From Octopus bimaculoides (lineage: Eukaryota), in contig NC_068982.1 of NCBI RefSeq assembly GCF_001194135.2, positions 129,815,548 to 129,879,547 on the forward strand: a stretch of DNA of 64,000 nucleotides, in the 5' to 3' direction. Positions 1 to 12,615 of this stretch are shown in pieces (the stretch's first letter is position 1; each line of letters starts with the position of its first letter). The notes beneath the pieces are model-generated. The model was not told the DNA's origin and made no database searches. It saw only the letters and a list, made by a program, of their open reading frames with translations. The position numbers and the translations under genes were made by a program.

Positions 1-374
1 AAAGGAAATGAATGTATTCAAGTAGCTTAAATAAAATGAAAACAACCTAACAGCTACTCAGTAAACAGAATATTGATGAGTTTATAAAACAGATGAAAAG
101 CTCTCACATGAGATAAGTTAAAAAGAAAAATCAGTTTCACATTAGAAGGATACACTCTATACTGAAATGCTTTTTTGTTAACGAGCCATCATACATACTT
201 TGTTCAAATAAGGGTGTTTTAGAAGTAATTTCTATGAGAATAAAAATATGAATTCCCAAGGTAAACAATTGACTTAGTTTCAAACTAATTAAGATGACTA
301 GTAGCATTCGTTTTCAGATACAAACAATGAGACATTACAGAATATTATAAATAGACCGTTTGTTAAACACTTAC

Positions 375-503
375 TTGGGCTATAGTATGTAGTTCCTTCA
401 ACTGGTATCTGCTCCGGGTAGTTTACTTCTGGTACATTCCTTTGGCGCTGTGTTGAATATCTCTTAGGACGAGAGACATTTTCTGTCTTGGAAGCATTAC
501 CAC
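375..503 (-). CDS. CASC3: CASC3 exon 8 (GNASKTENVSRPKRYSTQRQRNVPEVNYPEQIPVEGTTYYSP)
   Basis: tttttctag acceptor and A|GTAAGT donor; RPKRYSTQRQR matches the conserved CASC3 KRYSSQRQR motif; phase 1-1. Confidence 0.9.
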
Positions 504-1940
504 CTAGAAAAAATGATTGAATACAGATAAAAAAGCAACCCAATAAAGACAGCACTAATTTGAAACATAAACTGATACAGAGTAGAAGGGACATTTTAAT
601 TCTGATTAACATTCTCATTAGTCCCAGTTCATGCTGTAAAATGGTTTAGGAAAAGAGCATCCAGTCTTAAAACTCCTTACAACAAAAATTAGCATTGTTT
701 TTCTGTTGTTATGTGTAGCAGATAATTGGTTAGATGTTATGCTAGAACAGACCTATCTAATCCATGCCAGCATGGAAAAATGAATGCAAGATGATGATGT
801 TGATGTTTTTAACACATGATACAATAAACAGGTTGACATATAAAGAAGAATAATCATAATATTCTAATATAAAATTAATAACCTGCTAGTTAACAGGAAG
901 AAGTGGTGAAGACTGATCACAAATCTTATGAAAATGACAAGGGACCACAACAGGCGGCACAACATTGTACTTGAAGAAGACCTACCCAATCCATGCAGTT
1001 GTGAAAAAAACAGACATATAATAATGATGATGAATATAACTGGATAGAAAGTTAGATATTTACAAATAAATGTTCAGTATAGTAAAGAGCTTCTAATCAT
1101 AAAGTTAAATTGCTCCAGTATACAAAAAGTTTGCATATCATGTGACTCAGTAATTTGCTAGAACTATAGTGTCTAAGATGAAATATGTACACAATTTTGT
1201 TATCAAACAAAATTAATGAATTACATTTAACAATTTTCCATTTATTTTAACAACAAACATTTTAGAATATTTATATTCATAACCTACTAAAATTGAAATG
1301 GCTAAGAAAAAAATTATTCAATTACAGAATACTGTGATGTTAGAATAATTATTTTCTTGAGTAAAGAGTTCAATCACTGATTTAACCTTGAATATTTCAG
1401 TATGAAATAAAATTATGTCATAACTACTGCTATCAATCATGGACCTCAAAATTGTGGTGCAACTTGGTTCATGTTCATCACTAGCTCTGCTTCTAGCCTA
1501 TAACAAAGACATGATTCTATAACAAAAATATCATTAGAATACCCCACTGTGGAGAAGTGTATCATTGATATGTGTGTTGTTAGCTTTTGATATTAAATAC
1601 GAATATTCTCATGTACTTGGAGAAAATCATGGGAACCACTCTAGTGTCTCTACACTCAATTACTACATGAAAACTTCAGTGGGACCATCCTAACTCACTG
1701 GGACTTCTAGTTTTACATCATGCTCTGCTAATTCATGAGATAAGCAACAATTCTGACTTAACATTAAGGTATATATTTCACCCAATGATTGTTTGAGATC
1801 AAAATTTCACTAGTTTCAAAATTTTGATGACAGAACTGGGAATGCAGTTTGATTTAAAATCCTCAAAAAGCGAAAGAAACAATGAATAATGATTTTATAC
1901 AATTTCATAAAGTTTACTCAATAAATTTTATGATCATACT

Positions 1941-2782
1941 GTGTTGAATCAAAAGTCTAGCAATATTTTGGTAACTTATTCATCAAGTTATAACAGAAAC
2001 AACCCAGCATTTAAAGTAGAAGCCATCATGTTGTACTGTCTGAAGCCACCTTTCTGCCAGTTCTTTGATTCCACACTGATACCAGCACTTGTCCTTCAAA
2101 GCAAAGAACTCTTGCACTGAAGCTTCCATTCTCTCTTCTTTGATGAAGCATTGAAAGCACAGGAAGTGAGTCATGGATCAAAACAAGTAATAATCCAAGG
2201 GAAATATTTTCCAGCAATCCTAATGTGTATAAGCAATGGTTTTAAGCAAGGGCCAGCTTCTGGAACTTATAGCCTAACATGGGTGTTTCAAACACATAAT
2301 TCACTATGAGTTTGTTTCAGATAGTCAAGCCATTGATGCCAACCTGTGCTCAGAACAAGTGGAGAGGATGTATGCAATTATGCAGCAAAAATACCCAGCA
2401 TTGGTTAACAGAAAGCGAGCTCTTCTGCAGCAAGACAATGCAAAGCCTTATACTGCTCAAACAACCTGGAATAAACTCCAGGAACTTGAGGGAATTGAAC
2501 TAATGCTACACCCAACATTTAGCCTGGACCTGGCTTCCTCAGATTATTAGTTGTTCTGATCCATGGCTCACGATGCTTCATCAACCAAGTGGAGGTGGAA
2601 ACTTCAGTGAAGGAGTTCTTCACCTTGAAGGACAAGAACTGGTATTGGTGTAGGATCAAAGAACTAGCAGAAAGGTGGCTTCAGATGGTTCAATATGATG
2701 GCTTCTATTTTGGATGCTAGGCTACTTTTGATGAATAAAGCAAATAAGTTACCAAAATATTGCAAAACTTTTGACTTGCAAT
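1941..2782. mobile_element. Fold-back mariner derivative: transposase 3' half (+) with an inverted copy of its 3' end
   Basis: Plus strand LLQQDNAKPY...HPTFSLDLASSDY...IKELAERWLQ; minus strand repeats ...GIKELAERWLQTVQHDG; both outer ends read caaaagt..gcaatattttggtaacttatt. Confidence 0.8.
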
Positions 2783-4899
2783 ATTTTCAATCAGCAAAAT
2801 TAAATTTAATTGTTAGCAATCTCAGAAAATTTTATAATAAAATTATATATTTTGGCAAGTTTTAAGAGAATTTGTCTGAGACAAAAAATTAAGATGGGCA
2901 AGATATTTTTTTTAAAAACTTTTAAAAGCTAAAAATGATCATTGATATGTAAATCTTAAGTTATATGTTAATCTAGATTGCCTGGCTTGTACAAATTGTT
3001 TATAATAATGAAAACAAATATAGCATTCATGATGTGCTGCCTGTCTTACATGTGTCATGTGATTCAACCTATTTAAGAAGATTAACAGATTGATGTGAAA
3101 GTTTGGGTTATGCAATACAATAGAGTTTCCAGAAGTAAAGAACCTCCAACAACTATGGCTTTACTTGAATAAATAATTTACTGCAAGGTTTCATTTCTGG
3201 TTTATAATGGTGACAAAAGTAAAATTTAGCTCAATACAGTATATGAAAACAATTTAACATTGTACAAATGCCATGTATTAATAGGAGAGACTAATCAAGC
3301 ATACAAAGCTCATATTCAAGAAATATCTTAAAAAGTGGGGCTCATCAAAGTATTTGTGAAAGAACTTGGTAAGAAATGCCAAGAAGTTTACAATTGTCAA
3401 TGGAGTGATATCTATTGAGAAATGGTAAAGTGAAGTTAAGCAGAACTTAAGGTTGCACAAATGAATTGTATGTTTCAGTTAGGAAATAAAGTTAGAATTC
3501 AGTAGCAATCTTAAATTGAGACCCAGAAAATAAACTCAACTTATACTAAGAAGTTTTGATAATATCCCAATGCAAACTTAAGAAAACAAGGATTCTACAT
3601 AGAAAATAAACAGCAATAAGTCTTCAGTAAGCAACTTGAATGAAAAATATTTGTTACAAATGTCACTTTCATAAGTAGCTAGAATATGATCTACCATATA
3701 CTGATATCTCTGTCTATACTGCTGACATTTCCAAATACTAATGACTCCATGAACAAGAATATGTTTGCAAGTGACATACAACCACATCTTACAATGGAAA
3801 ATGTAACTTTAAACATAACATGAAAGAATGTGACCCCCTACTTTAACAACAAAGCTAGAATCATCTATATGCTATGACTGCCCTATCCACAATTCCTTGA
3901 CTATTACCAGACACAACTCTACACTTACCAAAGTATGATATATATCACAAAACTTTTGACATAATTACTGCTTTTATCTACTGGTCATTTTATCTTGTTT
4001 ATTGCAAATGTATTATCTGTAATTACTAGAATTTCAACTCAAACTATCATTTTTTTGCTATTCTTTCATGTTATGTTTAAAGTTATTTTAATGCTTCTAG
4101 AATCATTTTCTTTAGCAGATTTCTATATCAGAAACTTTTGAAGAAAACCAAACAAACCAACAAAAATTGGTGATTTTATAAATCTGCAAGGAAAGTGAGT
4201 CATCATTCGTTTTGCTTGATTTTCAGAAATTTTGTCACAATAGAGGTAAACTGATGCAACTGACTTCTACAATGAGGTTGAAATGTAATCCATTTTCAAA
4301 CGCAAGTTTGAAAACTAATTGATACTCAAATACCGAAAGCTTGAAACTTAAACAATACCCAGACACTGAATTTGAAAGCTAATTTATGTCTAGACATAAA
4401 ACTAATCCATACCCAATCACAATGAATTTGAAAATAAGAGTATATCAAAAGTCAGAGCTACAAAATGGTGAGATATAACATTCATGTTAATGTAGCATTT
4501 GCAACTTTTACATCCTTGTGCCATGTGATTCAACCCAATGCTTGTGTGATCCTTATAATTTAACAAGGCTAGCAGCTTGATGCGAGACCCTTTGTTATGC
4601 AGTTAAGTTTCTTGAAGAACCATAGATGAGTGTGGCTTTACTTGAATGAGTACTGCACTGAGTTTTAATAACTGGATTTAAACAGGAATCTTCTTAAATC
4701 ACTGTGCATAAACAATTGAGATGAAAATAAAATGATGATATTTAACAAGGATCTAAATAGGATATTAATAAAACAAGTAATTGTGCCAGTGGTAATTCAT
4801 ATCATATATAGAATTTACACTTTTCTGTCAATTATTTGCTCTGCACATCAAAACAAAATGAATAAATAAAAAGAAAAAAGAAAAAATGTAATAATTTAC

Positions 4900-6377
4900 C
4901 CAGATCTGATTTGTTATCTGCAGGTATGGCTTCTAAATTGAAAGAATTCCGTTCAGGGTCTTCCATATTTTCAGGAAGCGGTGCTGCTGTCACACGTGTA
5001 CGTGTAATTCCTTTTATACGCCTGTCCTTAGAGTAAGATTTTTTTTCCATGCTATTATTGGCAGTAACAACTGATCCACTGAATTCAACATTATTCAACA
5101 CAGCACCTTTTTGTTTTGGTATGGAATCATGAACTTCTTCATGGGAGAAGTTCCGATCAGGAGTCCTCTTTTTATTTTCATAATTATTCCTATGACAGTA
5201 GTTGTTGCTCTCTGTATTCCTGTAAGCTCTGTTGTCAACAATGTTTCTGTGTCCATTTTCATAGTTAGTTTTATAGACTCTATTTTCATGGGTTTTAAAA
5301 TTATTGTTGTTTTCAGGACTTTTTCTAAATCCATAAGTTGTTGAATTTTCAGAATCCAGTTTTGGATTATCACCGTTATCATTTCTATAGCTAGGGTTAG
5401 TAAACTGACGTTGTGGGCCAGCTCTAGCATTTGTACGGTAGCTATGGTTAGGTTTGGTTTCACCATTGTAGGATCTGTCACCATAGTCTCGTCTGTTGTC
5501 ACTAAAATCACGTCGATTATCAACTGTTTCACGGTGATTGTTTCCATAATTTCTCCTGCTATCACCGTAATCTCTTCTGTTATCGCAATAATCTCGCCGG
5601 TTATCACCATAATCTCGCCTGTTATCACCATAATCTCGCCTATTATCACCATAATCTCGTCTATTATCACCATAATCTCGTCTATTGTCACCATGGTCTC
5701 GCCTGTTATCACCATGGTCTCTCCTATTGTCACCATGATTTCGCCTGTTATCGATGTGATCTCGCCTATTATCACCATAATCTCGCCTATTATCACTGCA
5801 ATCACGCCTATTATCACCATAATCGCGCCTGTTATCACTGTAATCTCGCCTGTTATCACCATAATCACGTTTGATCTCCACAGGTTCCTTTTTAATCTCT
5901 ACAGTTTCTTTCCTGTCATTACCAGATTCCTTTTTCAAATGGCACTCTTCCTCTTTAGGTTTCTCAACTATCTCTTGTTTGCTCTCTTCAGAGGGCTGCC
6001 ATTTCTCAGTAACCTCCTGCTTGGTTTCAGTGTCTTCCAATTTTTTTTCTACAAAGTTCTGCTTAGGAATTTCTTCAGAATCTCCTCTATTGTCAATACA
6101 AGTTCTCCTCGTTTCAGGCTGGTCCCAATGGTTATCAGTCACCTCATGTCGAATTTCACGATATTCTCGCTTATTATCCACATACTCTCCTTGTCCATTA
6201 TTTTCCAAATAATCTCTCCTATTTTCTTCATAATCTCCAAGTCGACCACGGGTTCCACCTCGTGATCCTCTTTTATTACGATAATTCTTTCTTTGAACAT
6301 CAGGGCTGTTTCGTTGTCCAGACCACTTTGAATCTATGAAGTCATGCAGCTGTTGCCTTTGTTGAGATTTGCGTATC
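4900..6377 (-). CDS. CASC3: CASC3 exon 7, 1478-nt low-complexity exon with RRDYGDN heptad array
   Basis: ttattctag acceptor and G|GTAAAT donor; open throughout (within the 527-aa ORF); phase 2 to 1 fits both neighbours. Confidence 0.85.
5474..5872 (-). repeat. Coding 21-bp tandem repeat, 19 units (RRDYGDN)
   Basis: Unit tcgcct(g/a)ttatcaccataatc on plus strand; units counted from the translation. Confidence 0.95.
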
Positions 6378-8149
6378 CTAGAATAAAACAAATTTAGAAA
6401 AATTATCAAAATCAAAATTTATGTGGAGTAAAATAATTTACTTTGTCTACAAAAATACCTAATCTAAAGCAATGGGATATCCTTTTAAAACATGTTTGTT
6501 CATTCATTTAACATCTGTTGTTCCATGTCAGTATGGGTCTGAATGATGAATTGAGGCAGGCTTCCACAGCTGGATTCTTTTGCTGTCTCCAACTCCAAAC
6601 TGTTTTTCAAGTAAGGGTTTTTTTGTATTTCACAGGTCTTTGAAAGAACAGAACAACCAGTCATAATGTCAACAAAGAATGTGAACATTACTACTGTTTT
6701 GCTCAAGTAGCAACATGTGAAGAATATGAAAAGTTACACGCATTCTCACACATGTACAAGCCAGACTTGCTACAGTTTTTGCCCTCCAAATTCCTTCGCA
6801 AAGCATTAGCTGGCCCAGGGTTATAGTCAAAGACACCTACCACACAGTGGGACCAAACCCAAAACCATGCGATTATGAAGTGATCTTCTTAACCCCGCAG
6901 TAATGTTTGCACTTAATATATATACAAATACAAAATAACAATATACATCAATGACTATGTTTACTGGTGAATAGATAGCTTTGTAAACTCTAACAGAAAT
7001 TAATTTTCATAGTTAATAGCTTTAGTCAATATATTGTCAAATAAAAGCATGACTTAAAATAACAGTTAGAAAGCTAGCCAGGAATTCTATCAAAGTGATT
7101 TTTCTTAAGACATAACTACCATCCACATACTAACCATTACAGACAAATTACATCAGTCCAGGAAACAGTCATAATAACTTACTACATCAGATGTCAATTA
7201 AATCAAAAATATATAAAGTAGATTACTGTAAAAGATTCACAGATTACAATCGATGTCACATGAACTGCATGTAACCCAATTTTTTCCCCTCAAAAATCTA
7301 TAAAGTTCTATATTAAAAGCTTTCAGATTACTTGTTCAAGGCAAACAGTAGCAGTCTATCTTCAAGTAAAACCAATGAAACTATGCTTTCATTGGTTTTT
7401 CAGTTGCTGAGTCTGCAGTCACAACTTCTGACAGAAGTGTCATGGTTTTTTGGTCATGGAGCAGAATTGAACTAAGAATGTAGAGTTGGAACTGAGACTA
7501 GAAAAGCACCTGATCCCAAAAAGATGAGGGCTAATTTGACCTAAAAAAAAATTTGAATTCAGAATGCAGATATAGTCAGAACAAATATTGCAAGGTATCT
7601 TATCCAACACTCTAACAACTGTATCAATTTACTAAGTTATTCTAGTTGCTTCATGAACATACAACAGAGAAACAAACTAACAAAATTTGCTAATTTAAAT
7701 AGAGTTTGTAAAAGCTGATATGAATTGAAGTAATTCACTGATTACAGTTACTCCATGTATAATTTCTGCAATCAAAACTAAACCTACAGCATAAAAAACA
7801 ACATGAATGTTTATGTACCTGAGAAATGTTTCTTACATAAGTATGAAACATGAAATAGTAAGGGAAGAGAAAATGGAGTAAGTTTTAATGCATTTTTTCA
7901 AAAAGACTAATGGATAAAGTAAGCTTCTAATTAGAAAATCTACAAAAGTTAATGAAGGACAAAGATTCCTGATGTAGAATAGTAGAACACATCTTGTTTG
8001 CAACCAATTAAAAAAGACTAGAGTAAAATGGCAAAGATTTGAAGACTAATCAAATCTGAGTTGTACTCTTGTTTATTAAGAAGAGCTGCCACCAAAGAAT
8101 GGAATAGTATCTACCAATAGATGAGAAATCAATAAAAAATGGATATCTT

Positions 8150-8550
8150 TATCTTTCATCTTGTTTACTTGTTTCAGCCATTGGACTGTGGCTATGCTGG
8201 GACACCACCTTAAAGGGTTTTAGTTGAACAGATTGACCCCAATATTTCTTTTTTTTAAAGTCTGGTACTAATTCTATCAAAACTCTTTTCCTGAGCTGCT
8301 AAGTTACAGAGATGTAAACAAACTAACACTGCCGGGAGCTTGGGGGTGGGGGTGGGGGGTAAACACAGAAACTAAGACAATACACATATGTACATATGAT
8401 GGGCTTCTACATAGTTACTGTCCACCAAGTTCATTCACAAAACATTGGTCAGCCTGGGGATATAGAAGACACTTGCCCAAAGTGCCAAACAGTGGCACCG
8501 ATCCCAAAACTACATGGTTGCAAAGCAAGTTTCTTAATGACACAGCCATG
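8150..8550 (-). mobile_element. Two adjacent SINE-type repeats
   Basis: 8150-8380 matches the element at 43555-43755; 8390-8550 matches the reverse complement of 43333-43500. Confidence 0.65.
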
Positions 8551-8761
8551 CTTGTGCATATAAAGAGCAAAATTTAATTTCTAATATGAAGTGCAAAACG
8601 AAGATGTTTTGTTTTGTTTTTAGTTTACGAGCCATTAAATTATAAAAGATGAGCTGATCTATTTTATCCTCATTAAAAAAAATTATTGTTTCATCATGTA
8701 ATTTTAAAAGTACTAACCTGAAAGGAAGAGAATAAAACCAGTAAAGAAAATGTCTACTTAC

Positions 8762-8926
8762 TGGGGTTTGTTCATTCTTGGAGGTGCAGCAGGTGGCTGA
8801 TCACTTGCAAGTATGTCATAACCATAAATAACCATCAGTTCTTCACGAGACTTTGGAGCCTGCTGATCTTCTCGGAAACGGTCATGTTGCCATTTCCCTT
8901 CATCTTTCCATAGTTTCTTCTTTGGT
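8762..8926 (-). CDS. CASC3: CASC3 exon 6, second half of Btz/SELOR domain
   Basis: PKKKLWKDEGKWQHDRFREDQQAPKSREELMVIYGYDI...; acceptor follows a 44-nt poly(T) run; donor CA|GTAAGT; 165 nt, phase 2-2. Confidence 0.95.
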
Positions 8927-8937
8927 CTACAAAACAG

Positions 8938-8983
<46 letters not shown>

Positions 8984-9281
8984 ATACATATATATATAAA
9001 TATATATAGTGAGAATTTACAAAAATACAAAAGACAAAAACGGGTGTGTAAACAACAAACAGATGTATTAGTTTAACGCTCAGGAAGGGAGAAAGTCTTT
9101 TGTGTTTCGACCCCACACTCTTCGACAGAAAGGAACATCGAAATAAACAGGGAGAGAAAATAGAAAAATAAATATATACATATCAATTTCACTTAGGCAT
9201 AGCAAGACTAATAACCTGGTGTAGAACTCAATATACGTATGGTCCAGAACACAATATTATATGAGTATAGAGTGGTAATAG

Positions 9282-9692
9282 AAACAAAGAGATGACACCG
9301 GAAAAAACGTTATGTAATGAACTTCATTAGCTTACAGCTGCTTCTGCTATAAGATGTGGTGGTCTCTTAGTTGAGTACCAAGATAACATCCTATAGCTTC
9401 ATCAGAGCCTTGAATATGAAGTGCACTTTATTTGGGAAAGTTACATTTTCAGAACATTCAGGCGTTATGAGTGAGAAAATTTATAACCATCAACATAAAC
9501 TTTCTCACTCATAATGCCTGTATGTTATGAAAATGTAACTCTCAAATAAAGTGCACTTCATATTCAAGGCTCTGGTGAAGCCATAGGATGTTGTCCTAGT
9601 ACGCACTAAGAGTCCACCACATCTTATAGCAGAAACAGCTGTCAGCTAATGAAGTTCATTGCATGTTTTTTTCTTGTGCCATCTCTTTGTTT
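9282..9692. mobile_element. Long inverted repeat (arms 9282-9484 and 9495-9692), probable Penelope-like element remnant with hammerhead-like cores
   Basis: About 200-bp arms with a 10-nt loop; each arm holds CTG(A/G)TGA-stem II-GAA(A/G)C-AGCT-GT(C/A). Confidence 0.7.
9568..9647 (+). ncRNA. Minimal type I hammerhead-ribozyme-like motif (one core substitution); mirror copy at 9329-9409 (-)
   Basis: ggct CTGGTGA a GCCATAGGATGT...ACATCTTATAGC a GAAAC AGCT GTC agct; helix III loop is the palindrome ACAGCTGT. Confidence 0.55.
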
Positions 9693-12117
9693 ATATATAT
9701 ACACACATACAAACACAAACAAATAGTGAAGACATAAAATTATAAGAACCCTCTCATATCTGCCACTGACTGCTCCCATCTTTGTTTTGACATTATACCC
9801 CATGTATCTCTGACTTTCATGTCATTCTTCCCTCCATCACGTTTCTCATTTACCATCCCCGCCATCTCTCTATTTCTCATTCCTCAATAGTTTTATACTG
9901 CTGCTCTCCACCCTTTTTGTACAGCCACTAATCATCTCTCCTTCCATTTCTACACTGATTTCACCTACAACCTTGTTCATTATTCACCTCTAGGATCATC
10001 TGTCACTCTCCTCTCACCTTTTTGTGAATGCACTGAACCACCCTTCCTGATTCTCTGTCCCTATTCTCTCTTCTACTCACCTTCATGTACCTTGAAGTTA
10101 TACCCTGACACCTTGTCACTAGCACCTATATCTCTCGTCCCAGCTTACTCCTACCAACCCTTAAGTAATGTAGAATAGCCATGTAACTCCTCTACAGCAA
10201 GATACATGTTCCTGTCCCTCTATCATACTTTAGACTTAACACCAGGCATCAAGTCACCTCCCTCTCTACTACACTCAGGTGAGGAGATGTTTTGGTATTG
10301 CAAGTTACTTGGCAACCTTACTAGTGCAGGTGCAATGGAAAAAAGTACCAGTACACTTTATGAAGTGGTTGGCATTAAGAAGAACATCCAGTTGTAGAAA
10401 CATTACCAAAAACATAAGAGCTTGGTGCAGTCCTCTGACTTGTAGAATCATCCAATCTATGCCACCATGGAAGATAGATACTAAATGATGATAAGCTTCT
10501 TTGGGACTCAAAGCTTTTATGAGACAACCTGCTACAAGCTACAGATCAGAGAGGTGGATGGAGTAAGGTTCTGGCCAAATGTAAGATGAGATGGTGATGG
10601 AACAGTGTAGCAAATAGAACCATAAAATTAAAGAGACATAAGTGGGTATCAAAGAACAATATGAAGCTGCTAAAACAGAAGCTAAACTTCAGGTGTACAT
10701 AGTGTGGAGGAAAATGGTAAGAGGTTTGCCATTATTCTGCAACGAGACAATCGGGAGTGTGAGATATTCTGGATTAAAAGGCAATGTGACAACTGAATCT
10801 AGACATCATTCATGAAACAGGTCTGCAGAATGGTTGTAGCACACATGCAATCATTACTGCTAAGAAAGGAGATGTAAATGTTACCATGAGAAGTTGCTGA
10901 ACATGGGAGCTACCCTAAGTAGAACTGAGAGAAGGACTAGCTAACCAAGTTGACAACTATATGGTCAAAAGTGTAACTATGGAAAGCGGAGAAAGCAGTT
11001 AGGTCATAAGGGATAGTCATTAGACACTAAAATTATTTGCTGTTGACATGAGTTGGATGGGTCAATGGGATCCAGTAGGTTGCATGACTATACTTTGCTC
11101 CAATGTCTTACTTTAAACATGGTTTCTATAGTTGAATGCTCTTCCTAATACCAATCATCTAGCAGTGTACTGGGTGCTTTTTTCAAGACACTGCCCTAGT
11201 GAAGTGGTCCTGTGACTTGCAACATTAAAGATGCCTCTTGGCTGACAGAAAGAACAGGAGAGAGGGAGGTGGGTCATGTGAGGTGTTGATGGAAGGAACA
11301 GAGTTATTGTTGTGAGCAAGATTCAGGGCTACCCTACATTATATATGTGTGCAAGGATGGATAGAGTGGTACTAGAAAAAAGATAGAGATGATAGTAATG
11401 AGGTGCCTGACTACACACTCAAATTAGTATGTCTAAAAAAGGTGATATAGAAAAGAGCATGGAGATAGAAAGATTAAAAAGAGTGAGTAAAGTTTGCAAG
11501 GGTGTGTGTGAGGAAGGGAGTAGGTGATGGACAGAAATAGGAGTGAAGGTGAACAAGCATATATATGGTAGTGGGGTGGGATGCCGATATTCTATAGCTT
11601 TACTTGTCAGCACCTGAATGAAACAGCAATATGTTTACAATTCTTGTTGATATTGTGACTGGTTGCTCTGCACTTTTAAAGACTAGTGGAATAAAAAAAA
11701 AAAAAAAAAAAAACAACCCTTACTGGAAAAACAGGTAAGAGATGATAACAGAAAGAGCATCTGGCTGTAGATTTCTATCTCACATAATTCCCTGTCCAAA
11801 CTATGACAGCTGACATTGAATGAACAAATGAACACAATAAATATGTGTAAAAATTTGTTCATTCAATATCTTAAAATGCCATCAAAACTTTAACACATAC
11901 ATTGGCTGACTACGTCTACAATAAGTTAGTCAGCGAAGTATAAAACATGCAATGTTCCACAATTATGCAACTAACATCAACAACCTTAAAGAAATTCATA
12001 TTATTAAGTGCTTAGTCCTATCATATGACTAGTGTGCCTTTTATAATGCATGTGAAATTAGTTAATTTATTACATGTTAGGATTACAACAATTTCCAGAA
12101 AATCTCACTAGACCCAC

Positions 12118-12260
12118 ATCAATCTTATCTGTTCCTTCTCTGCATCTTCAGTGATGCGAGTATCATGTTCATAAAAAGCCCCTCGTCTTGGAACATAAGC
12201 AGGGTTCCTTCGATCTTCATCATCATCCAGTTCTTTATCTTTATCATCAATTGGTTGTTC
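12118..12260 (-). CDS. CASC3: CASC3 exon 5, first half of Btz/SELOR domain
   Basis: EQPIDDKDKELDDDEDRRNPAYVPRRGAFYEHDTRITEDAEKEQIRL; ctttcag acceptor; AT|GTGGGT is the only donor giving the required phase 2. Confidence 0.92.
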
Positions 12261-12615
12261 CTGAAAGACCAACAGGAAAGAAATTACATACTTAAAAAAT
12301 GACAGATAAAGAGGAATCTATTTAGGACAAAAATGTAGATTCCAAGCAAGTAAAATTTGACATTAAGTTTGATAAAAATGTCCACCACAAACAAAACTAT
12401 ATTAATGTTTACTCCTTTCCAAATATTCATATTCACACTAAATAATTAATCCATGAAAAGGAAAGAGTTTTCTCGAGTTCTTACAGAACACACACCAGAT
12501 AGATGAATAACCAAACCATTGATTTTTAATATTTACAATATTTTAATATTTTACTAACAAAGTAATCAGGTTTCTCATGACAATTTATTTTTGTAATGCA
12601 GTATTCGCAACATAC

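Noticed and set aside
5095-6265. Long overlapping ORFs (257 aa minus, 284 aa plus, 113 aa plus)
   Set aside because: By-products of the stop-free 21-bp repeat and purine bias of CASC3 exon 7; Ile/Val/Thr-rich and without splice support.
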